From: an uncultured Thermoplasmata archaeon
Lineage (GTDB): Archaea > Thermoplasmatota > Thermoplasmata > Halarchaeoplasmatales > Halarchaeoplasmataceae
DNA: 61,562 bases
Assembly: GCA_964486225.1 (NCBI GenBank)
Contig: CAZAMQ010000002.1
Span: 1 to 61,562, forward strand
Direction of reading: 5' to 3'
Position numbers and translations under genes: made by a program
The notes under the pieces: generated by a model
What the model saw: only the letters and a program-made list of their open reading frames with translations
What the model was told of the DNA's origin: nothing
Databases searched by the model: none
Part shown: positions 34,971-43,710 of the stretch, piece after piece
How positions within the stretch are numbered: position 1 is the stretch's first letter
How the letters are laid out: every line of letters starts with the position of its first letter

Positions 34971-35780
34971 TCAGCCCGTAGTGGGTGCTGTACCAAGAGA
35001 TGTTTTCATCCACGGGCCGACTTCCCGCATAAGTTGGTTGAAATCTTCGAACCTCAAACTCTGATTGCCGTCACATAATGCATTTTCGGGTTCCGGGTGT
35101 ACCTCGATCATGATCCCGTCCGCTTCGACAGCCACCGCTGCCTTTGTAAGGGGTGTGATCAGGTTTCTTTTACCTGCAGCATGGGACAGATCAACGACTA
35201 TAGGCATGGAACAGCGTTCTTTTACCACCGGTACTGCCGATATATCAAGAGTGAACCTGGTAGAGGTCTCGAATGTCCTTATACCCCTTTCGCACAGTAT
35301 CACATCCTCGTTCCCTTCGCTGATTATGTATTCCGCCGACTGGAGCCATTCCTCTATGGTGTTACCGAAACCTCTCTTCAACATCACCGGTTTGTTTGTC
35401 CTTCCAACTTCCTTTAAAAGGTCGAAATTCTGGCTGTTCCGGGCCCCGATCTGTAAGATATCTATGTACTTACACAAGAGTTCTACTTTCCTAGTGTCCA
35501 TCACCTCGCTTACCGTGGGCAAACCGTATCTTTTACCTGCGTCGCTGAGCCATTTGAGGGCTTTTTCCCCATAGCCCTGGAACGAGTAGGGCGACGAGCG
35601 TGGCTTGAAGGCACCTCCCCTGAGAACATCCACGTCTATTCCCTTCAGAAAGCTTGCGGTTTTCATTATCTGCTCTTTACTTTCAACAGAACACGGTCCC
35701 GCGATCAAGACGATGTTTTCACCGAACTTGACGCTGCCGACCTTTACCATTTTTCTCTCATTGTCGATCTGGTCGTTCAT
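34971..35780 (-). CDS. 3-deoxy-7-phosphoheptulonate (DAHP) synthase, KDO8PS-like class I-beta
   Basis: 269 aa. LIAGPCSVES, RGGAFKPRSSPYSFQG, MLKRG, CERGIRTFE, DLSHAAGKR. Confidence 0.85.
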   Translation of the reverse strand: MNDQIDNERKMVKVGSVKFGENIVLIAGPCSVESKEQIMKTASFLKGIDVDVLRGGAFKPRSSPYSFQGYGEKALKWLSDAGKRYGLPTVSEVMDTRKVELLCKYIDILQIGARNSQNFDLLKEVGRTNKPVMLKRGFGNTIEEWLQSAEYIISEGNEDVILCERGIRTFETSTRFTLDISAVPVVKERCSMPIVVDLSHAAGKRNLITPLTKAAVAVEADGIMIEVHPEPENALCDGNQSLRFEDFNQLMREVGPWMKTSLGTAPTTG

Positions 35781-36250
35781 CTATCTTTCACCTCTTCGTA
35801 GTCTATCGTTATTATATCCCGTATCATCTTTCCGTAGGATGTAAGGGTCACCGGAACAGGGTCGTCCCTGCAGCCATAATCTATAAGGTAAAGATCTTTA
35901 AGTATACGGGCATTAAGTTTGAGGGTAGATACCGGTTTCTCGTACCTATCAGAAAGGTGGTTGAGCAATTTATTCAGGGACTTTTTATCCCCGTTGATAT
36001 GCTCTAGTAGGAATCTCTGGTTATCGTTCAAAGCCCTTAAGAACAGATTTCTAAATACTTCAACGTGCTCTTCGGCGCTACCCTCTAGCAGGGCAACAGA
36101 TATTGGCCGGGCATCACGACCATACTCTTCTCGAATTGGCAGGGCATCACTATCACGTTCATCACAAGCAAAAGGGCTCCTATTTAAATCATTGGATTGG
36201 TCTACCTGTCTATATGGATTCATGGTATCATCATGTAAGTATTCGGACAT
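35777..36250 (-). CDS. hypothetical wHTH-like protein, first gene of the DAHP synthase/tyrA unit (start uncertain)
   Basis: 157-aa ORF. The C-terminal ~85 aa is wHTH-like (LLEHINGDKKSLNKLLNHLSDRYEKPVSTLKLNARILKDL). The N-terminal ~55 aa is acidic and low complexity and contains the shared 23-bp element. The stop overlaps the DAHP synthase start. Confidence 0.45.
   Translation of the reverse strand: MSEYLHDDTMNPYRQVDQSNDLNRSPFACDERDSDALPIREEYGRDARPISVALLEGSAEEHVEVFRNLFLRALNDNQRFLLEHINGDKKSLNKLLNHLSDRYEKPVSTLKLNARILKDLYLIDYGCRDDPVPVTLTSYGKMIRDIITIDYEEVKDR
36101..36188 (-). promoter_or_regulatory. TATA-like box plus two copies of the shared aromatic-locus element
   Basis: Read on the minus strand: TTTAAATA (36188-36181), a 24-nt gap, GTGATAGTGATGCCCTGCCAATT (36156-36134), then an 18/23 copy at 36123-36101. 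Confidence 0.5.
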
Positions 36251-36521
36251 CTTTATCCCCCCTAGTTGTTCTAAAGTTGAGTGACCATGGAACCGGTCAT
36301 CTTTCAGGGCTCGGCCAAACTAAATCCCTTCTTGTCATATGTTCATGCTATGTAGATGTAGTATTTAATACTTTGGTGTACAAAATTATACACTATACCC
36401 AACCAAATATCCTACGAAGAACACTATGATCCCTAATATTCAACAGCGACTTAATAAACCGGCCGGCGTTACCAAAAGTATATACAGACCGTCCTTCGCC
36501 TTCAGCATATAGGTGTATGAT

Positions 36522-36695
36522 ATGAAAGAACCCATTTGTTTTATAGGGATAACTAAGGAATCTGACCTTCTCAAGGCAAAGGTCCAAAGCAACCAAGGAA
36601 GGTACATAGAAATAGAGAACCAGGATCTAGATTATCTTCTGGAGATGGTATACCAGGATATATCGATGGAGATAGACGAAGAAGAATACTGGTAG
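36522..36695 (+). CDS. small acidic hypothetical protein
   Basis: 57 codons from ATG 36522. TATA-like GTATATAC about 40 nt upstream. No recognisable motif. Confidence 0.25.
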   Translation: MKEPICFIGITKESDLLKAKVQSNQGRYIEIENQDLDYLLEMVYQDISMEIDEEEYW

Positions 36696-37079
36696 ATCTG
36701 TCTGATTCTCAAAGAGATGTTAAGGTTGAGCTTCGAGGGGTGAAGTGCAAGGTTTCCGGTACCTCCAGTCCTTCTTCCACCAGCCGGAGGACTATCTCCT
36801 TATCACCATGCAGTTTGTAACCGGTAAAGGACGTGTCGAACAAGAGTGTACCGTCCATGTTTCTCCAACCGTTCCATCTCCTTTGTCCTGCCCGTCAACT
36901 TGGGGATCAATGAAAGGCCATGAACGGTCTCATCCATATATCATAAAATTCCCGTAATGTATAAAATCTTTGCCTCTTGAAACCTTTTCCTACCGGATGG
37001 TGTGACGAACATCATATTGTTTGTGATGGGTTAACGTTGAAAGACGGTAGTCGATACCATACACCGGCCTGTACAAGCT

Positions 37080-39368
37080 CTACAATCTATCCAGGATATC
37101 TTTTTTCTTGCTCTGGAATTCCTCTTCTGTTATCAGCCCACGGTTTTTCATGTCTTGGAGTTCCTCAAGTTTGGTTGTGATGGATTCGTCTACTACCGCA
37201 GGTGTCTGTTCCGGTGGAGCATCTGCAGGAGGAGATTCCGGTACACCGTGCACTGGTTCGGAAACAGGAGTTCTTTTTTTCTTTAACAATAGGACCAAGG
37301 CTAGTAAAACTACGATACCGATTATTATCAGAAAGATCCACCAATAGGACGAAAGAAATCCCTTTTCAGACTCGTCCGTATCAGATTCACCGTTACTTTC
37401 CTCCGAAAAGGGTGTGCCGCTTTCCTCGATAGATCTGGCACCTTCCCCAGCACCATTCACCGCACTGACCTGGTAATAGTAGGTCTGATCGTTGGTCAAA
37501 CCGGTGTCGACATACGAGGTATTGGAACTGCCTTCTTCGTGAAGAAAACTCAAACTGCCGCTGGTGGTTCCCCGATATATCCTGTATCCGGTTATATCGC
37601 TACCTCCGTCGTCCGCGGGTTCAACCCACGACAACGTTATTTGCTCGTCTTTCGGGGACGCTTGAAGATCACGTGGTACCGAAGGCATGGTGATACCCGA
37701 AGAGGGGGTAACACTCACCTCGTCCGACCTGTTTCCTTCCCTAACAGCGTTCACCGCGCTGATCTGGTAATAATAGGTCTGATCGTTGGTCAAACCGGTG
37801 TCGATGTAAGAATAGATGTTACCTGCAACACCGTAATGATAACTTAAACTTCCGCTGACGGTTCCACGATATATGTTGTATCCGGTGATATCACTGCCGC
37901 CGTCGTCTTCGGGCGCACTCCAGGAAAGTGTTACCTGTTTATCTCCCGCTCCGGCGGCAACGTTATGAGGTACGGATGGGATCCCCTCTGGCATAGCGCT
38001 TACTTCGGCACTAAACTCACCTTCCCCTGCACCGCTCTCAGCGGTTACTGTGTAGTAATATGTCTGGCCGTTGGTAAGGCCGGTGTCGTTATAAGATAAT
38101 ATGTTTTCGTCAACACTATCATGGTAACTAAGGTTTCCACTGGATCCTCCGCGATATATATTGTATCGAGTGATACTACCGCCGCCATCGTCGGAAGGGG
38201 CATCCCATAAAAGTGATACCTGCTTATCACCCGGAACCACTTGTAGATCTTCTGGCGCACCCGGGGCTTCGATCATGGACCTAGCGTACTTCAGATCTTG
38301 ATTGGTGCTGTCTATATAACTGATGTATGCGTTACCTATGCCGTCAAGGGCCATGGACGAGTGAGAGCCAACAGAATCACCACTAGTGTCCGGATCTGTG
38401 ATCCGCCATTCTGTCCCGGTCCACCTGGCATATCTGAGGATGTTATCGGTGCCATAACGGGCATAACTGATATGAGGATTATCACTGCTGTCCAAAGCTA
38501 TGGTCGAGACATCGCCTATGGCGCCATCACTGTCAATGGTTTCGATAAACCATTCTGTACCATTCCATCTGGCATATTTAAGATTGTACAATCCGGAGTG
38601 ACAGTAACTTATATGTGGACTATCATCGCTGTCCAGGGCGATGGAGGTCCCTCTGGCAAAATCTCCCTCGTTTATGTTATCCACCGTCTCGATGTTCCAT
38701 TGACTTTCGGTCCACCCGGCGTACTTGAGATTCAAGTTTCCGTCATAATAACTGATATGGGGGTTATCGTCGCTGTCCAAGCTTATGGAAGTGGACCTAC
38801 CCACATCACCGTTACTATCCACGGTCTCGATGCTCCATTCGCTACCGGTCCATCTGGCGTATTTGAGATTATTGTTTATACTATCAGAATAACTTATATG
38901 AGGACGGCCGTTTCCGTCGAGGACTATGGAACAATAAAAACCAACGTCACCGTCGCTGTCCACGGTCTCGATGTTCCACGTACCCCCTGTCCACTTGGCA
39001 TACTTTAGATTTTCGTTAGTATTATCTCGATAACTGATATGGGGATTCCCTGTCCCGTCAAGAGCTATGGATGTGCTCCAGCCCACATCGCCATCGCTAT
39101 CCACTGTATCTATATCCCATAAACTTCCTGTCCATGCGGCGTACTTCAGGTTGCCGTTAGTGTCATCATAATAACTGATGCGTGGACGTGAATTCATATC
39201 AACAGCTATGGAATTGAAACGACCTACGTATCCATCACTGTCAATGGTCTCGAAGTTCCATTCCTCCGCACCCCGGGCGGTGTCTATCGATAGATTCATG
39301 GTTCCCAATAACATAGCACTGACTAACAGCACCGTCAAGCCCAGCGTTAGATTCTTTTTGGTTTTCAT
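37080..39368 (-). CDS. surface protein: 7-bladed beta-propeller repeats + 3 fibronectin type III domains + TM anchor + cytoplasmic SHOCT tail
   Basis: 762 aa. Signal peptide. Seven ~46-aa repeats (W.IETVDSDGDVG..TSIALD..G.PHISY....NLKYA.WTG). Three FN3 units (..DDGGS.ITGY.IYRG...LTN.QTYYY.V.A). TM IFLIIIGIVVLLALVLLL. C-terminal LEELQDMKNRGLITEEEFQSKKKDILDRL. Confidence 0.8.
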   Translation of the reverse strand: MKTKKNLTLGLTVLLVSAMLLGTMNLSIDTARGAEEWNFETIDSDGYVGRFNSIAVDMNSRPRISYYDDTNGNLKYAAWTGSLWDIDTVDSDGDVGWSTSIALDGTGNPHISYRDNTNENLKYAKWTGGTWNIETVDSDGDVGFYCSIVLDGNGRPHISYSDSINNNLKYARWTGSEWSIETVDSNGDVGRSTSISLDSDDNPHISYYDGNLNLKYAGWTESQWNIETVDNINEGDFARGTSIALDSDDSPHISYCHSGLYNLKYARWNGTEWFIETIDSDGAIGDVSTIALDSSDNPHISYARYGTDNILRYARWTGTEWRITDPDTSGDSVGSHSSMALDGIGNAYISYIDSTNQDLKYARSMIEAPGAPEDLQVVPGDKQVSLLWDAPSDDGGGSITRYNIYRGGSSGNLSYHDSVDENILSYNDTGLTNGQTYYYTVTAESGAGEGEFSAEVSAMPEGIPSVPHNVAAGAGDKQVTLSWSAPEDDGGSDITGYNIYRGTVSGSLSYHYGVAGNIYSYIDTGLTNDQTYYYQISAVNAVREGNRSDEVSVTPSSGITMPSVPRDLQASPKDEQITLSWVEPADDGGSDITGYRIYRGTTSGSLSFLHEEGSSNTSYVDTGLTNDQTYYYQVSAVNGAGEGARSIEESGTPFSEESNGESDTDESEKGFLSSYWWIFLIIIGIVVLLALVLLLKKKRTPVSEPVHGVPESPPADAPPEQTPAVVDESITTKLEELQDMKNRGLITEEEFQSKKKDILDRL

Positions 39369-39489
39369 TTTACCCCGTCCATTCTGCCAACAGAAATTAT
39401 ATCATATCTAAATAAAGATTATGGTTAAGAAACTAAACATCCTGGAAAACTATTATTACTCAGCACACCAAAAAAACTCACTAGACCCA

Positions 39490-40317
39490 TCACGGTACCG
39501 GATAATCATCTTCAAGGTAGCATCCTAGGTATTTAAAAGATAAGGCCTTATCTTCAGCTTTTTTTAGGGCCATTCTAACGGCTTCGTCCCTGATATCACC
39601 TCTGAGATCAAGAAAAAAATTGTACCTCCATGGCTCTTCTCTCGTAGGTATAGATTCTATACGGGTCAGATCTATTCCCGCCGCGGCGAATATTTCGAGT
39701 ACACTGTATAGGGCCCCGGGTTCGTGAAAGGTGGAAAAGACGATGGAAATTTTATCTCCACTTTCCTTACCATCTTTCCCTATCACCACAAACCTTGTCA
39801 TGTTATTTTCCCTATCCTCTATACCGGATGCTAGTATATCCAGCTCGTAAAGATCGGCGCATTCCCTCCGGGCTATGGCCGCGGTTCTCTTCGGTCTGTC
39901 CCGGGCCAGCATCAGGGCAGCCCCTGCGGTGTCGTAATAGGGTACGGGTTCCAATTTTTTATGCCCGATGAATTCCCTGCACTGCCCCAGGGCCTGGAGA
40001 TGCGAATACACATATCGGATATCTTCCGGGTGGGTACCTCTGTTGATAAGGAGACAGTAACGTATCGGCAGGTTCAATTCGCCCACTATCATGTGATCAT
40101 TATCGATAAGCAGTTCGTTCACTTCTTTTATCCTTCCTTCCAGGGAATTTTCTACGGGTAGTATAGCGAGTTCGATATCATCATTCTCAAGAGCTTCGAA
40201 TACCTCATAGAAAGTATGGAATGGTGTATGCTGTGCCCACGGCGAAAACTTAATGGCCGCGGCCTCGCTGTTGCATCCCGGAACTCCCTGATATCCTATG
40301 GATTTAGCATTTTTCAA
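39490..40317 (-). CDS. pheA: prephenate dehydratase with C-terminal ACT domain
   Basis: 275 aa with a TTG start. GYQGVPGCNSEAAA, TRFVVIG. ACT segment ISIVFSTFHEPGALYSVLEIFA. Confidence 0.85.
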   Translation of the reverse strand: MKNAKSIGYQGVPGCNSEAAAIKFSPWAQHTPFHTFYEVFEALENDDIELAILPVENSLEGRIKEVNELLIDNDHMIVGELNLPIRYCLLINRGTHPEDIRYVYSHLQALGQCREFIGHKKLEPVPYYDTAGAALMLARDRPKRTAAIARRECADLYELDILASGIEDRENNMTRFVVIGKDGKESGDKISIVFSTFHEPGALYSVLEIFAAAGIDLTRIESIPTREEPWRYNFFLDLRGDIRDEAVRMALKKAEDKALSFKYLGCYLEDDYPVP

Positions 40318-40329
40318 CAGGTCTGTGTA

Positions 40330-40383
40330 AATTGGCAGGGCATCACTATCACTTGCAGGTTTGAATAAATACGTATTATATAT
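40330..40383 (-). promoter_or_regulatory. TATA-like box plus the shared aromatic-locus element upstream of pheA
   Basis: Read on the minus strand: ATATATAA (40383-40376), a 23-nt gap, GTGATAGTGATGCCCTGCCAATT (40352-40330), then 12 nt to TTG 40317. Confidence 0.5.
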
Positions 40384-40521
40384 GCCTTTAGACCGCTCTA
40401 CCTGGCTATGTTATCCGATAGGATATGACACCTTTGTCTTTTTTGAAATTGTAAATTATCAGCCGTAACGAAATCACTTAACATTAAACTTAAATATCCA
40501 TCCCAGTTCTCATAAAATATC

Positions 40522-41799
40522 ATGAGTGAAGAAAAGTGGAAATTGGAGACCATTTCAGTACACGGCGGTCACGACCCCCGGGACGACTCTAACTCCAGGG
40601 CCGTACCCATACATCAGACCACTTCTTATGTGTTCGAGGACGTTGACCACGCTGCTAGGCTGTTCGACCTTGAGGAAGAGGGACACATATATTCCCGCAT
40701 ATCGAATCGTACCACAGAAGTACTCGAGAAGAGATTGGCAATGATGGACGGCGGCAGCGGTGCACTGGTGGTATCTTCGGGTCAGGCGGCCATAGCCACC
40801 GCCGTTTTGAATATCACGAGCACCGGGCAGAACATCGTCTCATCGTCACACCTCTACGGCGGTACCTACACCCTCTTCCAGCACACTCTGGCCAAGATGG
40901 GCATCGACGTAAGATTCGTGGATCCCCGGGAACCGGATAATTTTTTGCGTGAATTGGATGAAAACACACGCTGCATATATCTGGAGACCATACCTAACCC
41001 TCGAAACTCCGTAGCGGATTTCGAGGCCATCGCCGAGATAGCCCATGACAATCAAATACCCTTGGTGGTGGACAGCACGGTGACCACACCATACCTCTTC
41101 GATGCCTTCCGACACGGTGTTGACATCGTGGTCTATTCACTTACCAAGTTCATGGCGGGTCACGGTAACTCCCTGGGAGGTGCCATAGTGGATTCCGGCA
41201 ATTTTAGCTGGGATAACGGCAAATACCCGGAGATCACCGAGGGTGACCCGTCCTATCACGGGATATCCTACTGGGAAAAATTCGGCAAAACCGCTTACGT
41301 AACCAAGGCAAGGGCACAGTACCTGAGAGATCTCGGCCCTTGTATCTCACCCTTCAACTCCTTCCTCATAATGCAAGGTATGGAGACCCTCACACTACGC
41401 ATGGAGAGGCAGTGCGATAACGCTTTGAAGGTGAGCCGCTGGCTTGAAGAGCAGCCCCAGATATCATGGGTCAACTATCCCGGGCTGGATAGTCACCCGG
41501 AGCACGAGCTGGCCAAGAAATATTTCAATGCCTACGGTGCTATACTGTCCTTCGGTGTTAAGGGCGGTTTACAGGGAGGAAAAAAATTGATCAACTCGGT
41601 AAAGATGATATCACATCTTGCCAACATAGGAGATGCCCGTACATTGATAATACATCCCGCATCAACAACCCACAGGCAGCTGAGCGGTGAGGACAGGAAA
41701 AGAGCAGGGGTCACCGACGACCTTATACGATTGTCAGTGGGCTTGGAACATCCGGATGATATAATAGAAGACCTGAAGGGAGGTTTGTGTAATATATAG
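40522..41799 (+). CDS. metY: O-acetylhomoserine sulfhydrylase (PLP-dependent)
   Basis: 425 aa. PLP-lysine motif SLTKFMAGHGNSLGG. Cys/Met-metabolism family layout. Next to metX. Confidence 0.85.
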   Translation: MSEEKWKLETISVHGGHDPRDDSNSRAVPIHQTTSYVFEDVDHAARLFDLEEEGHIYSRISNRTTEVLEKRLAMMDGGSGALVVSSGQAAIATAVLNITSTGQNIVSSSHLYGGTYTLFQHTLAKMGIDVRFVDPREPDNFLRELDENTRCIYLETIPNPRNSVADFEAIAEIAHDNQIPLVVDSTVTTPYLFDAFRHGVDIVVYSLTKFMAGHGNSLGGAIVDSGNFSWDNGKYPEITEGDPSYHGISYWEKFGKTAYVTKARAQYLRDLGPCISPFNSFLIMQGMETLTLRMERQCDNALKVSRWLEEQPQISWVNYPGLDSHPEHELAKKYFNAYGAILSFGVKGGLQGGKKLINSVKMISHLANIGDARTLIIHPASTTHRQLSGEDRKRAGVTDDLIRLSVGLEHPDDIIEDLKGGLCNI

Positions 41800-41820
41800 T
41801 GGATCGGTGGTTATTTTCCC

Positions 41821-43011
41821 ATGAGCGTCAGTGATAAGTACGATGGACCGGATTCGCAGAGTTCCGTAGGGTGGGTAAAGCCGAAGAATGTGAGACTGGC
41901 TACTGGGGATGAACCTCTTGAATTGGAGTGTGGCGAGGAACTTTATCCCGTAGACGTTGAGTACGAGTGCTACGGTGAATTGAACGAAAGGAAAGACAAT
42001 GTCATCCTTATATGCCATGCACTCACGGGAGACGCCCACGCCGCCGGCTGGGACCCGGAAGCGGATAAGAGACCCTGGAGACAGGACAGACCCGGGTGGT
42101 GGGACGGTATGATAGGCCCGGGCAAACCCTACGATACCGACAAGTTCTTTGTGGTGTGCTCCAACGTACTGGGCAGCTGTTACGGCACCACTGGTCCAGG
42201 CAGTACGAATCCGGAAACCGGTGAACACTACGGCATGGATTTCCCCGTTATTACGGTAGGAGATTGGGTGAGACTGGAGAGGAGACTGCTGGCTCATCTG
42301 GAAGTAGGATCGATACACACGCTCAGCGGAGGCTCCGTTGGAGGAACCCAGGCCATGGAATGGGCCCTTGAGTACCCAGAGATGGTCAATAACGTTCATA
42401 TCATAGGTGCATCAGATAAGCTCAGCGCTCAGGGTCTGGCATTCAACGCGGTGGGTAGGTACGCTATCATGTCGGATCCCAGGTTCAACAGTGGTAATTA
42501 CTACGGCAAGGAACAACCCCTGGACGGTTTATCGGTTGCCAGAAGACTTGCTCATATAACCTACCTCTCTGACAAGGCTATGGAGAAGAAGTTCGGGAGG
42601 GTGCTGAAGAACGGCAAAAAACCTCGCTACGAGATCGCACCCGAGTTCGAAGTGGAAGGTTACCTCGACCATCAGGGTGACAAGTTCGTACGCAGGTTCG
42701 ACGCCAACAGCTACATATACATCACCAAGGCCATGGACTACTACGATGCATCGTCCCGTGGTAACGGTAACATACAAAAATCCTTTGAAAACTGCAACTG
42801 CAGGTTCTTGCTGGTTTCATTCACCAGCGATTGGCTGTACACACCCTATCAGATGAAGAGGCTGACCAAGGAACTGGTAACGGGCGGTAAGATGGTTTCT
42901 TATGTGAACATACCATCGGATGCAGGACATGATTCATTCCTTACCGAGATAGACAATCTGGGTGCTGTTGTGGATGCACATATGGGAGCAGTCGGTGGTA
43001 ACCATGACTGA
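41821..43011 (+). CDS. metX: homoserine O-acetyltransferase
   Basis: 396 aa. Alpha/beta hydrolase with GGSVGGTQAMEW nucleophile elbow, CHALTGDAH, SDWLY, GHDSFL. Confidence 0.9.
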   Translation: MSVSDKYDGPDSQSSVGWVKPKNVRLATGDEPLELECGEELYPVDVEYECYGELNERKDNVILICHALTGDAHAAGWDPEADKRPWRQDRPGWWDGMIGPGKPYDTDKFFVVCSNVLGSCYGTTGPGSTNPETGEHYGMDFPVITVGDWVRLERRLLAHLEVGSIHTLSGGSVGGTQAMEWALEYPEMVNNVHIIGASDKLSAQGLAFNAVGRYAIMSDPRFNSGNYYGKEQPLDGLSVARRLAHITYLSDKAMEKKFGRVLKNGKKPRYEIAPEFEVEGYLDHQGDKFVRRFDANSYIYITKAMDYYDASSRGNGNIQKSFENCNCRFLLVSFTSDWLYTPYQMKRLTKELVTGGKMVSYVNIPSDAGHDSFLTEIDNLGAVVDAHMGAVGGNHD

Positions 43012-43600
43012 GCGGTGGGACCATGAGGTCATACACGAGATCATACCCAAAGGCAGCAAGGTCCTTGACCTGGGGTGCGGGACCGGTTCTCTGCTGGAAA
43101 CCCTTGTTGAGGGCAAGGAAGTTGTAGGGTACGGCGTGGACAAGGATTGGAGGAACGTAAGGGACGCAGTATCCAGAGGAATTTCATCGTTGAACATGGA
43201 TATCGACGAAGACCTAGAAGATATACCGGAAGATTCCTTCGATTACGTTATACTTGAAAGGACACTGCAGGAAGTTAGACGTCCCGGGGAAGCCTTGAAA
43301 CAGTCCTTGAGGATCGGCAGGTACGCTATCGTGAGTTACCCAAACATCTCGTACTGGAGGATCGCCCAGTCACTTGTTTCGCAAGGCAGGATGCCAGTTA
43401 ACGTGGCAACGCCTTACTCGTGGCACGAGGGAAAAACGGTACACATGATATCCATACACGATTTTCTCGACTGGACTGTGGATAACAACGTGGACATAAT
43501 AAAGGGATACTGTCTGGTGGAGGACTCCGTTGAAAAGTACAATACCATGCACGGTACCACAGCCAGTGAAGCTCTTTTTGTACTATCCGAGAAGGGATGA
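43004..43600 (+). CDS. metW: methionine biosynthesis protein MetW (SAM-methyltransferase fold)
   Basis: Start ATG 43004 overlaps the metX stop. VLDLGCGTGSLL motif. Confidence 0.8.
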   Translation: MTERWDHEVIHEIIPKGSKVLDLGCGTGSLLETLVEGKEVVGYGVDKDWRNVRDAVSRGISSLNMDIDEDLEDIPEDSFDYVILERTLQEVRRPGEALKQSLRIGRYAIVSYPNISYWRIAQSLVSQGRMPVNVATPYSWHEGKTVHMISIHDFLDWTVDNNVDIIKGYCLVEDSVEKYNTMHGTTASEALFVLSEKG

Positions 43601-43710
43601 TACCTGGCTAAGGCTGAAGGGTATTTTTGTGAAGCGGTTTCGAGAAATGAAAGGATATTCTGTATAACCTTTCCGGAAGACTGGATCAACCTAAAATATA
43701 CCGTAAAAAA

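Noticed and set aside
36696-36960. Minus-strand small ORF encoding MDGTLLFDTS.. (HAD motif-I-like)
   Set aside because: It has only 49 codons. The upstream in-frame sequence (..WNGWRN) does not fit the hhhDxDGT context, and no further HAD motifs follow. The resemblance is probably coincidental.
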